From contig CAMHGK010000001.1 in the NCBI GenBank assembly GCA_946184695.1, positions 1 to 55,928 on the forward strand: DNA of 55,928 nt, written 5' to 3'. A program made the translations under genes and the position numbers. The stretch is from an uncultured Bacteroidales bacterium (lineage in GTDB: Bacteria > Bacteroidota > Bacteroidia > Bacteroidales > Paludibacteraceae). Every line of letters starts with the position of its first letter. Positions within the stretch are counted from its first letter, which is position 1. Positions 44,023 through 54,220 of this stretch are shown here, piece by piece. The notes below the pieces were generated by a model. The model did no database searches, was not told where the DNA came from, and saw only the letters and a list, made by a program, of their open reading frames with translations.

Positions 44023-44979
44023 ATGCCGACAACTACAGAAATTGCCCAAATGCGCCAGCAAGGTATGCTATCAGAGGCATACGATGCTATCAAGAACCAG
44101 CTACAACAGACTCCTAATGATTATTCCGTTATCCTCACCGCCGCTTGGATTTACCACGACCTAATTAAGCAAAACGCGCAATACCCCACTCGAGCAGCGT
44201 TTGACCAATACCTGACAGAGTTCCTCAGTATAGGTGTGCGCGAAGAAGAGTTTTCGATTTACGAAAGTATAGTTTGGGATATTCGACGTATGCTTTCGAG
44301 TGCTGCCAAAATAGAATACGTTGACTACGCATGGTTGGATTCGTTGGTTGGCAAACTACGCGCTATTCCTATTCAAAAGAACAGTTCGGCATATCATAGT
44401 CTGCTTTCTGCCGCCATTAAGATACGGGGTTGGATAGGCGTGATAGATTTCATCAATTGGTGGGGACTTGAGCACCTGACAGAAGAAGACTATCAGCACA
44501 ACACCAACAGTCAGGGCATGAGTTATATGGGTCTTGCCGAATCGACCTACTACGCCCTATGCCGAGCTATGCTGATGCTCAACGACGAAGCGCGGCAGAG
44601 CAGTTTCATCGACAAAATTCAGCGCGTCATTAACAAGCACCCCGACTATCGCTTTCTGCCATATTACAAAGCCAAACTACTTTTCAAGTTAGACCGGCAG
44701 GAAGAGGCATTGGCTTCGCTTCGCCACTTTGCACAGAGCAACGACTCGGCATTCTGGGTATGGCAACTGCTTGGAGACGAACACCGCGACGTCAACGACA
44801 AGATGATGTTTTACATCAAAGCCGTCACATGTCCGGCAGCCGACAATATGGTAGTCAAACTGCAAGAACACGTGGGAAAATTCTTGATTTCACGTAACAT
44901 GGCAGCAATGGGCAAGTTCTTGATAGAAAAGCCGTACAGACACGCCAAAAGGAAGGCTCACATATCAGTTATGCCATAG
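44023..44979 (+). CDS. Hypothetical all-alpha (TPR-like) protein; possibly the 5' part of a frameshifted gene
   Basis: ATG at 44023 (the ORF-track start at 44014 is a TTG). Helical-repeat-like composition. See the finding at 44930-44990. Confidence 0.55.
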   Translation: MPTTTEIAQMRQQGMLSEAYDAIKNQLQQTPNDYSVILTAAWIYHDLIKQNAQYPTRAAFDQYLTEFLSIGVREEEFSIYESIVWDIRRMLSSAAKIEYVDYAWLDSLVGKLRAIPIQKNSSAYHSLLSAAIKIRGWIGVIDFINWWGLEHLTEEDYQHNTNSQGMSYMGLAESTYYALCRAMLMLNDEARQSSFIDKIQRVINKHPDYRFLPYYKAKLLFKLDRQEEALASLRHFAQSNDSAFWVWQLLGDEHRDVNDKMMFYIKAVTCPAADNMVVKLQEHVGKFLISRNMAAMGKFLIEKPYRHAKRKAHISVMP

Positions 44980-44984
44980 AGAGC

Positions 44985-45497
44985 ATGCGTCAAGAGCAGT
45001 GGTATCAGGCATTGGAACCTAATTGGGACGAGCAGTTTGCGGCAGAGCAAGTGAAGTTAGCAGAGAACTACCTATTTGCCGAAATGCCTCAATTTGCAGT
45101 GTTGGTAACATACGTCAACACTGAAAAACGCATTGTCAGCTTCTTTAGCGAGGATCTTCAAGAAGGTTATTTCCGCGCACCTAAAAGCGCCGGTGAATTG
45201 CCGCAGCGCGGTCAGATAGTCATAGTCAGAGCGCCTCAACTCGCCGTCGGCTCGCCTACGGCAGTTAGAAGCTTCAACATCGACGAAAGCAACAGCAATC
45301 CTCATTTCTTTAAGGCTTACAACGGGATGTTGCGTATAAACTTCAATGGATATGGCTTTGTAGATGATGTGTTCGTTGAGACCAAACTGACAGAAGGACT
45401 GACCAATGGGGCATCCGTTAGTGGCATTGCCCGCAAGACATACAACAAGAAGAAAGAGTCCTGGGGCTGGTACGCTGTTACCATACAGCATAACTGA
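44985..45497 (+). CDS. Hypothetical protein with a C-terminal OB-fold/cold-shock-like segment; possibly the 3' part of the same gene
   Basis: GYGFVDDVFVETKL...VSGIARKTYNKKKESWGWYAV resembles a CSD/S1-like OB barrel. The ATG is 5 nt after the preceding stop, in another frame. Confidence 0.55.
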   Translation: MRQEQWYQALEPNWDEQFAAEQVKLAENYLFAEMPQFAVLVTYVNTEKRIVSFFSEDLQEGYFRAPKSAGELPQRGQIVIVRAPQLAVGSPTAVRSFNIDESNSNPHFFKAYNGMLRINFNGYGFVDDVFVETKLTEGLTNGASVSGIARKTYNKKKESWGWYAVTIQHN

Positions 45498-45823
45498 CAC
45501 AAAACACCATTTCCCATAGATAATTGAGAACGGATTACGCCATTTAGAACCTGTAAAAATCTGTAAAATTCGTAATACTTCCGTAAAATCCGAGGAAGAT
45601 TAAAAAATTAAAACATTAAATTTCACTAAAAATCTGTCCCCTTTGTTCCCTTTGTCACTATTTATATGCACTAATACCGAGTCTTTACCCTGATATCATA
45701 AAACAGACACTCCTATGTACAATATCTATAAGCATGATTTCTGACCTGCTCATTCCTTAATTTTCTTAGAGCCTACAGGAGGCGGCTAACAACAAAAGTT
45801 ATATAGACTGCTGCAAATGACAA

Positions 45824-45850
45824 AAGGGTGGGTCGAATCGACTCACCCTT
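45824..45850 (-). terminator. Hairpin downstream of rpsT
   Basis: aagggtgggtcga / tcgactcaccctt near-palindrome, 25 nt after the rpsT stop. Confidence 0.5.
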
Positions 45851-45874
45851 CAATTATATGATAGGAAAGGAAAA

Positions 45875-46129
45875 TTATCCGAGTTTGTTAACGTAGATAG
45901 CGAGCTTTGATTTGAGGTTGCTTGCTTTGTTAACATGTATGATATGACGCTTAGCCAACTTGTCAAGCATGCTGCTTACCTTAGGCAGCATCTCTGTTGC
46001 CTCTTGCTTCTCGGTTGTAGCGCGCAACTTGCGGACAGCATTGCGTGCAGTTTTAGCATAATAGTGATTATGCAGTTTACGTTTCTCAGTCTGACGTATT
46101 CTCTTCAAAGATGATTTATGATTTGCCAT
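45875..46129 (-). CDS. rpsT: 30S ribosomal protein S20
   Basis: [35 protein letters not shown] is canonical S20. Confidence 0.95.
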   Translation of the reverse strand: MANHKSSLKRIRQTEKRKLHNHYYAKTARNAVRKLRATTEKQEATEMLPKVSSMLDKLAKRHIIHVNKASNLKSKLAIYVNKLG

Positions 46130-46192
46130 CTTGCTTTGTAATGATAATTTAGTTAGTAATTCTCAGTACCCTATTACTATTCGGTACATTTG

Positions 46193-46264
46193 TAGTCCAT
46201 AGCAGAATCGAACTGCTCTTTACAGAATGAAAATCTGTCGTCCTAACCGATAGACGAATGGACC
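46193..46264 (-). tRNA. tRNA-Glu (anticodon UUC), CCA not encoded
   Basis: Reverse complement: GGTCCAT-TC-GTCT-ATCGGTTA-GGAC-G-ACAGA-TTTTCAT-TCTGT-AAAG-AGCAG-TTCGATT-CTGCT-ATGGACT-A. All four stems pair (1-72 is a G-U pair). The T-loop is TTCGATT and the anticodon-loop centre is TTC. Confidence 0.88.
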
Positions 46265-46305
46265 AACTCAGCCTTTCAAAAAAACGTTCTTTTCAAAAGC
46301 GGGTG

Positions 46306-46337
46306 CAAAGGTAAGCTAAGTTTTTGAAATACGCAAA
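46306..46337 (-). promoter_or_regulatory. Promoter for tRNA-Glu and possibly rpsT (TTTG-N20-TACCTTTG, minus strand)
   Basis: Plus-strand caaa at 46334-46337 and caaaggta at 46306-46313, about 41 nt upstream of the mature tRNA 5' end. Confidence 0.65.
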
Positions 46338-46377
46338 TATTTTTCAAAAAAAGTTAATTTTTAAGCAATAGGCTACT

Positions 46378-46395
46378 CCGTTTTGTCAAAAACGG
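46378..46395 (-). terminator. Short hairpin downstream of the CaCA antiporter gene
   Basis: ccgtttt-gtca-aaaacgg: a 7-bp stem with no clear U-tract. Confidence 0.35.
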
Positions 46396-46439
46396 AAGCT
46401 AAAGTAAACAGACCATGCATGCAGAAGGTGCACATTTTA

Positions 46440-47435
46440 TCATATCATCATGAGTCGATAGGTAAGATATGCGGCATACACTAAAAGCAGCAATGCTCCA
46501 CCCCAGCGCTCGATATTGCGTCGGCGGGAGAGTTTGATGAGTATCCATACAATGACGCTACCCATAGTTGCCACTATGGCATCAATGCCTATACCGTCGT
46601 AGGAAGGCAGTGGACGAATGCAGGCGCTCACACCGAGTATGAGGAACACATTGAAGATGTTACTACCTACAACATTACCTAAGGCTATGTCGGAATTATG
46701 GCGGAAAGCGGCCACCACGGAGGTTGCCAATTCAGGCAGTGATGTTCCCAACGCCACAACGGTAAGACCAATAATAGCGTCGCTCACTCCGAGGTTCGAT
46801 GCCACACGAACAGCGCTCTTAACTATCATTTCACCACCCACAACAAGCCCCACAAGTCCAACAAGAATAAGCATCAATGCTTTCCATACAGCCATCTCCT
46901 CTACTTTTTCTACTGTAGCTTCTTCGGGATGGTCCTTGGCATGGCGCATAGTCATATACATGAATAGCGCAAAGATGACAAGCATTATTATACCACCTAC
47001 GAAACTTATTCCTTCGTTGGTCTCAAAAGTGAGGTTAACCAACACGCATGCCATCACCGTCACGCCTGCACATATACTGACCGGTATATCGAAGTCGCGA
47101 CTCCGCTTTTGCGTAGCTATAGGCCAGACAAGTGCGGTACAACCGAGAATGACAAAAGTATTGATGATGTTGCTACCGAGAATGTTTGTAACAGCGAGAT
47201 CAGTCACACCATCGGCAACTGACACCATATTGACAACAAACTCAGGCATTGAGGTACCAAAAGCCACCACCGTCAGACCTATCACAAGATCGTTGATTCC
47301 GAAACGCTTTGCCACGGCCGACGCACCGGCAACCAACCAATCGGCTCCTTTCACAAGAAGCACTAAACCTAAGACAAGGCATAGCACCAACATCCACCAA
47401 TTAGACAACAGGGGTTCAAAAATCTTATCTAACAT
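46440..47435 (-). CDS. CaCA-family Na+/Ca2+ (cation/Ca2+) antiporter
   Basis: Two alpha-repeats, GTSMPEF and GTSLPEL, and about 10 TM helices. Confidence 0.88.
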   Translation of the reverse strand: MLDKIFEPLLSNWWMLVLCLVLGLVLLVKGADWLVAGASAVAKRFGINDLVIGLTVVAFGTSMPEFVVNMVSVADGVTDLAVTNILGSNIINTFVILGCTALVWPIATQKRSRDFDIPVSICAGVTVMACVLVNLTFETNEGISFVGGIIMLVIFALFMYMTMRHAKDHPEEATVEKVEEMAVWKALMLILVGLVGLVVGGEMIVKSAVRVASNLGVSDAIIGLTVVALGTSLPELATSVVAAFRHNSDIALGNVVGSNIFNVFLILGVSACIRPLPSYDGIGIDAIVATMGSVIVWILIKLSRRRNIERWGGALLLLVYAAYLTYRLMMI

Positions 47436-47543
47436 CTTATTTAACTATTAAAGTTGGATTTATTACTATATTTTATAAAACGACATGTTATATCCGGACA
47501 ATTCCAGATTGCAAGTAAATATACTCACCCTCAGAATAATTGA

Positions 47544-48650
47544 TTACACATTGAACAAGAAGTGCATTATGTCGCCATCTTGTACGAGGTAGTCTTTACC
47601 CTCTACTGACAATTTGCCAACCGCACGACATTGGCTCTCTCCGCCGAGTGTGATAAAATCGTCGTATTTGATAACCTCAGCGCGTATGAATCCACGCTCA
47701 AAGTCAGAATGAATCACACCTGCACATTGGGGTGCCTTCATACCCTCTCTAAAGGTCCATGCCCGCACCTCATCGGAGCCTGCGGTGAGGAAGGTGCGCA
47801 GGCGAAGTAGCGAATAAGCCGACTTGATAAGTCGGTTGACACCTGACTCGTTCAGACCTATCTCTTCAAGAAACATATCGCGTTCTTCGGCATTGTCGAG
47901 TTCGGCAATCTCAGACTCTATTTTTGCTGAAATAACCATCACCTCGGCTTGTTCGTCAGCAACAGCTTCGCGTACCTGCTCTACATAACTGTTTCCGGTA
48001 GCGGCTGAAGCCTCGTCCACATTGCAGACATATAGAACCGGCTTGGCTGTGAGTAGCATGAGTTCCCGAGCCATTTGCTCTTCTTCTTTCGATTCGAGCT
48101 GAACGGTACGTGCAGACTTGCCCTCTGACAATGCTGCCTGATAGCGCAGCAGCAACCCGAGAAGCGCCTTTGCCTGCTTGTCGCCACCCGCTTTTGCCTG
48201 CTTCTCGCACTTGCTTATACGTGATTCTACTGTCTCAAGATCCTTTAGTTGCAACTCGGTATCGATTATCTGCTTGTCGCGAATAGGATTTACAGAGCCG
48301 TCAACATGCACAACATTGTCGTCATCAAAACAACGCAGCACATGCAGGATGGCGTCTGTCTCACGTATGTTGGCAAGGAATTTATTGCCAAGCCCTTCGC
48401 CCTTTGATGCACCTTTCACCAAACCTGCAATATCGACTATCTCAACCGTAGTCGGGATTATACCTCTGACAGGATGGCAGATGTCGGCAAGGTGCTGCAG
48501 ACGATCGTCAGGCACTGTAATCATACCCACCTGCGGTTCTATCGTGCAAAAAGGAAAATTAGCTGACTGTGCCTTAGCACTTGAAAGACAATTAAACAAG
48601 GTCGATTTACCCACATTGGGCAGACCCACTATTCCACATTTTAATGACAT
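47544..48650 (-). CDS. ychF: Ribosome-binding ATPase YchF
   Basis: [24 protein letters not shown], and a C-terminal TGS-like [17 protein letters not shown]. Confidence 0.95.
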   Translation of the reverse strand: MSLKCGIVGLPNVGKSTLFNCLSSAKAQSANFPFCTIEPQVGMITVPDDRLQHLADICHPVRGIIPTTVEIVDIAGLVKGASKGEGLGNKFLANIRETDAILHVLRCFDDDNVVHVDGSVNPIRDKQIIDTELQLKDLETVESRISKCEKQAKAGGDKQAKALLGLLLRYQAALSEGKSARTVQLESKEEEQMARELMLLTAKPVLYVCNVDEASAATGNSYVEQVREAVADEQAEVMVISAKIESEIAELDNAEERDMFLEEIGLNESGVNRLIKSAYSLLRLRTFLTAGSDEVRAWTFREGMKAPQCAGVIHSDFERGFIRAEVIKYDDFITLGGESQCRAVGKLSVEGKDYLVQDGDIMHFLFNV

Positions 48651-48713
48651 ATACGTAATGATTTTTAATACTATTTGTTTACAATGCAGCTTAGCACAAC
48701 TAAGAGAGCAGAC

Positions 48714-50492
48714 TTACTCTTCAGAGAAGTGTACCAGCACACGTCGATATGAGTTGAATATCTTTGATTTTGATACAAATCCTATATATTTCTGTTGTTT
48801 ATCCACCACCGGCAGATTCCATGCCCCAGTGTCCTCGAAGACCTTCATCACTTGCTCCATTGTCATGTCGTGCTGCAGAACGGCAGCAGGGGAGTTCATC
48901 AGTTGTCCTACGGTGAATCGCTTATAGAGACGCGGCTGGAACATTATATTTCTTACCTCATCAAGCAACAATACTCCGAGCAATCGGCCATCAGTGTCAA
49001 CTACAGGAAAGAGGTTGCGGTGGCTTTCTGCTATCACTTTAACAAGTTCCCCAAGAGTCATATCAGGCAAGAGCACTTTCAGGTCGGTTTCGAGAACTGA
49101 GTCCATCTTAAGCAAAGTGAGCACTGAGCGGTCTTTGTTGTGAGTTATCAGTTCACCCTTCTTAGCCAATCGCTTGGCATAAAGCGAGTGAGGTTCAAAT
49201 ACCATTATCACTATGTACGAGAGCACCGACACTATCATAAGCGGCATAAACAAATGGTATCCGCCGGTCAGTTCAGCTATAAGGAATATACCGGTCAGCG
49301 GGGCATGCATTACTCCTGACATCAGCCCGGCCATTCCCACGAGTGCGAAATTGGCTAACGGCAGTTGGCAACCCGCAGCATTGAGTAGCATTGCCACCAC
49401 ATATCCGCTCAATGCTCCCACAAACAGCGAAGGTGCAAATATACCTCCTACTCCGCCACCACCATTGGTTGCCACACTGGCAAATATCTTCAGCATTACC
49501 ACCATACTCAGATACATCACAAGAAGCCACTCGGTATTGCATATCGACATGAGCGGGCTTCCCAACAATGTCTTTTGCGCATCGCCGTTGATAAGTTCGG
49601 TAATAGACTCGTAGCCTTCGCCATAGAGTGGTGGAAAGAGCCATATCAGCACTGCCAGCACCATACCGCCCAAAACAATACGAAGCGTCATGGAACTGAT
49701 ACGCTTCATTTGCGTCTCAAGAAAGTCCATTCCGCGAGTAAAATAGAGCGATACCAATCCGCACGCTACGCCTAATACGAGGTAGAATGGTATGCGTTCA
49801 AGTGTGAAATAGTCAACCTGCGACAAGGGGAACATCGGTGCACTGCCTGAAAACAGATAAGCGAGAGCCGTAGCTGTGACAGATGAGATGAGCAGGGGTG
49901 ATACAGAAGCCATAGTAAGGTCGATCATCAGCACTTCGAGAGTGAACATCAGTCCTGCTATAGGAGCCTTGAATATACCTCCTATAGCACCTGCCGCACC
50001 ACAGCCTATCATAAGCATCATGGTTCGCTGATTGAGTCTGAACATCTTTGCCAGATTCGAGCCTATGGCAGCGCCGGTAAGAACTATAGGAGCCTCAGCA
50101 CCTACAGAGCCACCAAAACCTATAGTCACAGCACTTCCAACGATGCTCGACCACGTATTATGGAGTTTGATTATAGACTTTCGCTGAGAGATAGCATAAA
50201 GTATTTTGGTTATGCCATGCGAGATATCATCGCGTACGACGTATTTAACAAACAGAGCAGACAATGCAATACCAGCCATCGGGAATAGCAGATACCAGAG
50301 TTGTCCGTTCTGTACGAAACTCAGAGAAAACAGGAACTCGCGTATCAGATCGATGAGCGTTTTGAGTAGCCAAGAGGCACAAGCCGTCAGGGCGCCGACC
50401 AACAACGACAGCAGCAAAACCGTCTGGCGCTCACTCAGGTGCTGTTCGCGCCAGCGTATCATCTTATCATATCTGCTGCTATTGTCCTTCAC
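48714..50492 (-). CDS. ClC-family chloride channel/antiporter with a C-terminal CBS pair
   Basis: GGSVGAEAP and GIFAPS selectivity-filter-like motifs. Two CBS-like repeats at the C-terminus. The start is uncertain: GTG at 50492 or ATG at 50462. Confidence 0.88.
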   Translation of the reverse strand: MKDNSSRYDKMIRWREQHLSERQTVLLLSLLVGALTACASWLLKTLIDLIREFLFSLSFVQNGQLWYLLFPMAGIALSALFVKYVVRDDISHGITKILYAISQRKSIIKLHNTWSSIVGSAVTIGFGGSVGAEAPIVLTGAAIGSNLAKMFRLNQRTMMLMIGCGAAGAIGGIFKAPIAGLMFTLEVLMIDLTMASVSPLLISSVTATALAYLFSGSAPMFPLSQVDYFTLERIPFYLVLGVACGLVSLYFTRGMDFLETQMKRISSMTLRIVLGGMVLAVLIWLFPPLYGEGYESITELINGDAQKTLLGSPLMSICNTEWLLVMYLSMVVMLKIFASVATNGGGGVGGIFAPSLFVGALSGYVVAMLLNAAGCQLPLANFALVGMAGLMSGVMHAPLTGIFLIAELTGGYHLFMPLMIVSVLSYIVIMVFEPHSLYAKRLAKKGELITHNKDRSVLTLLKMDSVLETDLKVLLPDMTLGELVKVIAESHRNLFPVVDTDGRLLGVLLLDEVRNIMFQPRLYKRFTVGQLMNSPAAVLQHDMTMEQVMKVFEDTGAWNLPVVDKQQKYIGFVSKSKIFNSYRRVLVHFSEE

Positions 50493-51765
50493 CGTTCAAA
50501 ATAACACGAAACGTGTAGAAAATAATCTTTGCGTCCAACCTGAGTGACATATTTTCAATATAAGCCACATCGTAATTGAGTCGCTCCACCATCTTATCTA
50601 TAGTATCGGTATAACCCACCTTGATAGGACCCCACGATGTAAGTCCGGGGCGTGTTCTATAAATCAGACAATAGTATGGTGCCCGCTGCACTATCTGTTC
50701 GATAAAATACTCACGTTCAGGGCGCGGTCCGACAATACTCATATCTCCTCGCACCACATTCCATAGTTGCGGAAGTTCGTCTAACCTGTATTTCCGCAGA
50801 AACCGTCCGATACGAGTGATACGTGGGTCGTTGATATCGGTCAGCTGAGGGACATTATCCTCAGCCTTATCTTTCATTGTGCGGAACTTGAGTATGTTGA
50901 AAGGCATACCATAAAGTCCGATTCGCTCTTGCCTATAAATGATAGGTCCTTTGGAAGAGAGTTTGACAGCAAGCGCGATAACCAGAAAAAGAGGCGAGAG
51001 AAGAACAAGTCCGATAAGACAAGTCACCACGTCGAACGCACGCTTGAAGGCAAGTTCGGAGTCAGGCATCTTCTGGTCGGTAATCATGATCATGGGACTA
51101 CCGTCAAGGTCAACTATCTTAGCGGCACCCGACAGAATGTCGAAAGTGGTTGCAGGCAGCGAGATACGAGTCTTGAGCGGATATATTCTTCCTATCAGAG
51201 AGTATATTCGCCGCTCTGAAGTGCGCCGTGAGAGGACGATATGCACGCGGTCAACCGGCATTGCGTTCATCAAGGCTTCGATACTCTTTTCGCTGTCGGA
51301 GCGGAGTACAAAAACCCTCTCGTCGAAATGATGATGTGACCATGTAGAAATAATCAGACGAGGTATGTACGAGCACGTAAACTGCAGACCGAATAATACT
51401 ATAAGCGACACATAATAGCGGTTATAAGAGTCCACAATATCATCTATCACAATAATAAAAAACGCGCCCAAGGCTATGACAAGTGCACTGGCAAATGTCG
51501 AGAAGAATGTTTGAGCGTGAGTATGTGATAAGGGGTGGAGGTAGAAACCTGACAGATAATATACTATCATACATCCTACCGGATAAAGCAGCAGGGGCGG
51601 ATAGAAACTGAAAGCGGGAATAAGCACATCGTTGACATCCAGAACATGCCCTTCATAGACGAGCCAGCGGAACAAGAGAAACAATATCCACACCACCTCT
51701 GCGGATAAGATATCTGCTAACAAATATATTATTTGCTGGCGGCGTGTGGGTGACAACTTGTTCAT
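50479..51765 (-). CDS. Polyprenyl-phosphate sugar-phosphate transferase (bacterial sugar transferase / WbaP-EpsL type)
   Basis: N-terminal TM helices plus the C-terminal catalytic domain AFDVV...[11 protein letters not shown]...FNILKFRTM...GPRPERE. Confidence 0.88.
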   Translation of the reverse strand: MNKLSPTRRQQIIYLLADILSAEVVWILFLLFRWLVYEGHVLDVNDVLIPAFSFYPPLLLYPVGCMIVYYLSGFYLHPLSHTHAQTFFSTFASALVIALGAFFIIVIDDIVDSYNRYYVSLIVLFGLQFTCSYIPRLIISTWSHHHFDERVFVLRSDSEKSIEALMNAMPVDRVHIVLSRRTSERRIYSLIGRIYPLKTRISLPATTFDILSGAAKIVDLDGSPMIMITDQKMPDSELAFKRAFDVVTCLIGLVLLSPLFLVIALAVKLSSKGPIIYRQERIGLYGMPFNILKFRTMKDKAEDNVPQLTDINDPRITRIGRFLRKYRLDELPQLWNVVRGDMSIVGPRPEREYFIEQIVQRAPYYCLIYRTRPGLTSWGPIKVGYTDTIDKMVERLNYDVAYIENMSLRLDAKIIFYTFRVILNGEGQ

Positions 51766-52346
51766 TGGCGTATAACTTTTACGAGATTACCCGGACCCAG
51801 TTTAACCACTGAAGAAGGTGTGGCAGGGGTATTGTCCTGTCGCCGGAAGTTGACAACATAGTCAACCTCAGACAGCAATTCTTTGCTAATTTGCCGGAAA
51901 CATGCAGGCGACTTCTCACCGGAGAAATTGGCAGAGGTGGAAACGATGGGATGTTTGAGTTTTTCGCAAAGAGCATGCGTGAACGGTTCGGCTGTAATTC
52001 TGAAACCTGCACTACCGTCCTCGGCCAGAAGACTCGGCGCAAGACCGACGACATCCGGATATACAATAGTCATGGGCCTAATAGCCATATCAAGCAACTG
52101 CCACGTCATCTCAGGCACATCCGGGACATACTGCTGCAGTCGTCCTGCAGAATCCACAAGCGACAGCATCGACTTAGAGTCTTTGCGGCGCTTGATATGG
52201 TATATCCTCTCAACAGCCTGCTCACAGGTAGCATCGCAACCTATACCCCAAATGGTATCGGTAGGATAAATGATAACACCGCCGCTTTGCAACACCCGAA
52301 GTGCTGCAAGCAAATCCTCACGGTCATATCTGGCGAAACTTTCCAT
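51762..52346 (-). CDS. tsaC: L-threonylcarbamoyladenylate synthase (YrdC/TsaC type)
   Basis: GGVIIYPTDTIWGIGCDA and STSANFSGE motifs. The ATG at 52346 (MESFARYD...) is preferred over the ORF-track TTG at 52358. Confidence 0.88.
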   Translation of the reverse strand: MESFARYDREDLLAALRVLQSGGVIIYPTDTIWGIGCDATCEQAVERIYHIKRRKDSKSMLSLVDSAGRLQQYVPDVPEMTWQLLDMAIRPMTIVYPDVVGLAPSLLAEDGSAGFRITAEPFTHALCEKLKHPIVSTSANFSGEKSPACFRQISKELLSEVDYVVNFRRQDNTPATPSSVVKLGPGNLVKVIRQ

Positions 52347-52432
52347 AACAGACCGCAAAGATACAATTTTTTCATTTTACTGCCAATAAAAAAGAAACTT
52401 TATTTATAGCTTCCAAATAATTTGACATTTTT

Positions 52433-52463
52433 TTTGGAAGTACAGATATAATTTGTAACTTTG
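52433..52463 (+). promoter_or_regulatory. Promoter for the GH13 gene (TTTG-N19-TAACTTTG)
   Basis: TTTG at 52433-52436 and TAACTTTG at 52456-52463, leaving only 24 nt before the ATG at 52487. Confidence 0.6.
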
Positions 52464-52486
52464 CTTCGCAAACCTAACTTTTAGCC

Positions 52487-54133
52487 ATGTCAAAACATAT
52501 AATCTACCAATTGCTTCCCCGTACCTTTACCAATTACAATACCTCCCGCGTCTTTAACGGCACAATAGAGGAGAACGGTTGCGGAAAGTTTAATTATATC
52601 ACGCGTCAGGCTCTTGATGGCATTCGTCAGCTCGGTGTCACTCATGTATGGTACACAGGTATCATTGAGCATGCCACTCAGACCGACTATAGTTCCTACG
52701 GCATTTCGCCGGATAATCCATCTGTTGTCAAAGGCAAAGCGGGTTCGCCTTACGCCATTAAGGACTACTATGATGTTGACCCTGACCTTGCGCAAGACGT
52801 AGCCCACCGAATGGATGAATTTGAAGCACTAATCCACCGCACACATGAGGCAGGACTAAAGGTAATAATCGACTTTGTGGGTAACCATGTAGCTCGACAG
52901 TATCATTCCGACGTCAAGCCTGAAGGCGTAGCGGATTTGGGAGAAAACGACAACCCGCAATGGGCTTTTTCACCCCTTAACAATTTCTACTATCTGCCCA
53001 CCGAGCGATTCACTCGTCAGACCTACTCCGAGTATCCTGCCAAAGCCACCGGCAACGACTGCTTCTCAGCATATCCGTCGGACAACGACTGGTATGAGAC
53101 CGTCAAGCTCAACTACGGTGTGTTTTACCAAGGAGGCGGCGAGAAGCAGTTTGACCCGATTCCCGACACATGGCTCAAGATGCGTCATATTCTGCTATTC
53201 TGGGCAAGAAAGGGTGTTGATGCTTTCCGTTGCGACATGGCAGAGATGGTGCCGGCAGAGTTCTGGGATTGGGTAATAAAAGAAGTCAGACATGCCTTCC
53301 CTGAAGTGGAGTTTTTGGCAGAGGTTTATAATCCCGAGCTCTACCATCGTTATCTTGAAGCCGGCTTCGACTATCTGTACGACAAAGTGGGCATGTACGA
53401 TTATCTGCGTGGTGTAACATCCCGCAGTTATTCCGCCGAAGGCATATCGAACCAGTGGCAAAAGGTTGACGACATACGCTCACACATGCTATATTTCCTT
53501 GAGAACCATGATGAGCAGCGCATCGCTTCCGGTTTCTTCTGCGGAACAGGTATATGTGCAGAACCTGCTATGACGATAGCCGCACTGCTCGGTACCAACC
53601 CCGTAATGATTTATGCGGGTCAGGAACTCGGAGAAAAGGGGATGGACTCGGAAGGATTCTCAGGAATCGACGGCAGGACTTCCATATTCGACTATTGGGG
53701 TGTGCGTTCGCTGCAAGCATGGGCCAACAACGGACTCTTTGACGGAGGCGGACTTGACAACGAACAACGCGAACTGAGAGATTTCTATTGCCGACTTTTA
53801 CAAATAGCTCGTCAGAACAAAGCAATCAGAAGCGGGCAGATGTTCGACTTGGAGTATGCTCAAGGCGAGCGTTTCAATAAGCGCGAACAGTATTGTTTCC
53901 TCCGTAAAGCCGACGATGAGACACTTCTGATAGTAGTGAATTTTGCCGACAGACCGATAGACTTGCACATCAACATACCGCTCCAAGCCCGTGAATACCT
54001 GAACATGCCTCTGACCAATGTCACAGCTACCGACCTTTTGACAGGTCAGACTTTCGAGGGTTCGACAGAGGCAATTGATATCTATATTGGAGCATGGAAA
54101 AGTATGGTCTTCAAATTAGAACCGATACATTAA
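52487..54133 (+). CDS. GH13-family alpha-amylase-type glycoside hydrolase (cytoplasmic, no signal peptide)
   Basis: DFVGNHV (region I), DAFRCDMAE (region II), EVYN (region III), LENHDEQR (region IV). Confidence 0.88.
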   Translation: MSKHIIYQLLPRTFTNYNTSRVFNGTIEENGCGKFNYITRQALDGIRQLGVTHVWYTGIIEHATQTDYSSYGISPDNPSVVKGKAGSPYAIKDYYDVDPDLAQDVAHRMDEFEALIHRTHEAGLKVIIDFVGNHVARQYHSDVKPEGVADLGENDNPQWAFSPLNNFYYLPTERFTRQTYSEYPAKATGNDCFSAYPSDNDWYETVKLNYGVFYQGGGEKQFDPIPDTWLKMRHILLFWARKGVDAFRCDMAEMVPAEFWDWVIKEVRHAFPEVEFLAEVYNPELYHRYLEAGFDYLYDKVGMYDYLRGVTSRSYSAEGISNQWQKVDDIRSHMLYFLENHDEQRIASGFFCGTGICAEPAMTIAALLGTNPVMIYAGQELGEKGMDSEGFSGIDGRTSIFDYWGVRSLQAWANNGLFDGGGLDNEQRELRDFYCRLLQIARQNKAIRSGQMFDLEYAQGERFNKREQYCFLRKADDETLLIVVNFADRPIDLHINIPLQAREYLNMPLTNVTATDLLTGQTFEGSTEAIDIYIGAWKSMVFKLEPIH

Positions 54134-54220
54134 ATCAGGCTAAGTAAAACTTATTGGGTTGCCGAAAAATCACCATGCTTGTTACCTTATAGTTTTATGT
54201 CGCCATAAACATACACAACG

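Noticed and set aside
46193-46264. The G1-U72 wobble at the top of the tRNA-Glu acceptor stem, considered as a sign of a pseudo-tRNA
   Set aside because: All other stems, the T-loop, the D-loop GG and the anticodon loop are canonical, and a consensus promoter sits upstream. A single wobble pair does not justify a pseudogene call. I could not compare it with relatives.
46618-47451. 277-aa ORF antisense to the CaCA antiporter. Similar long antisense ORFs occur at 48178-48927 (ychF), 17843-18448 (pckA), 9535-10092 (rplI) and 23722-24270 (rpsP)
   Set aside because: Each lies fully within a gene that has unmistakable family motifs on the other strand. Their low-complexity Ser/Thr/Ala/Leu-rich translations are typical shadow ORFs.
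52356-52363. TATCTTTG box only 10 nt upstream of the tsaC ATG, suggesting a near-leaderless mRNA
   Set aside because: There is no -33 TTTG at the proper spacing and only a single motif match. This is too weak to call without transcription-start data.
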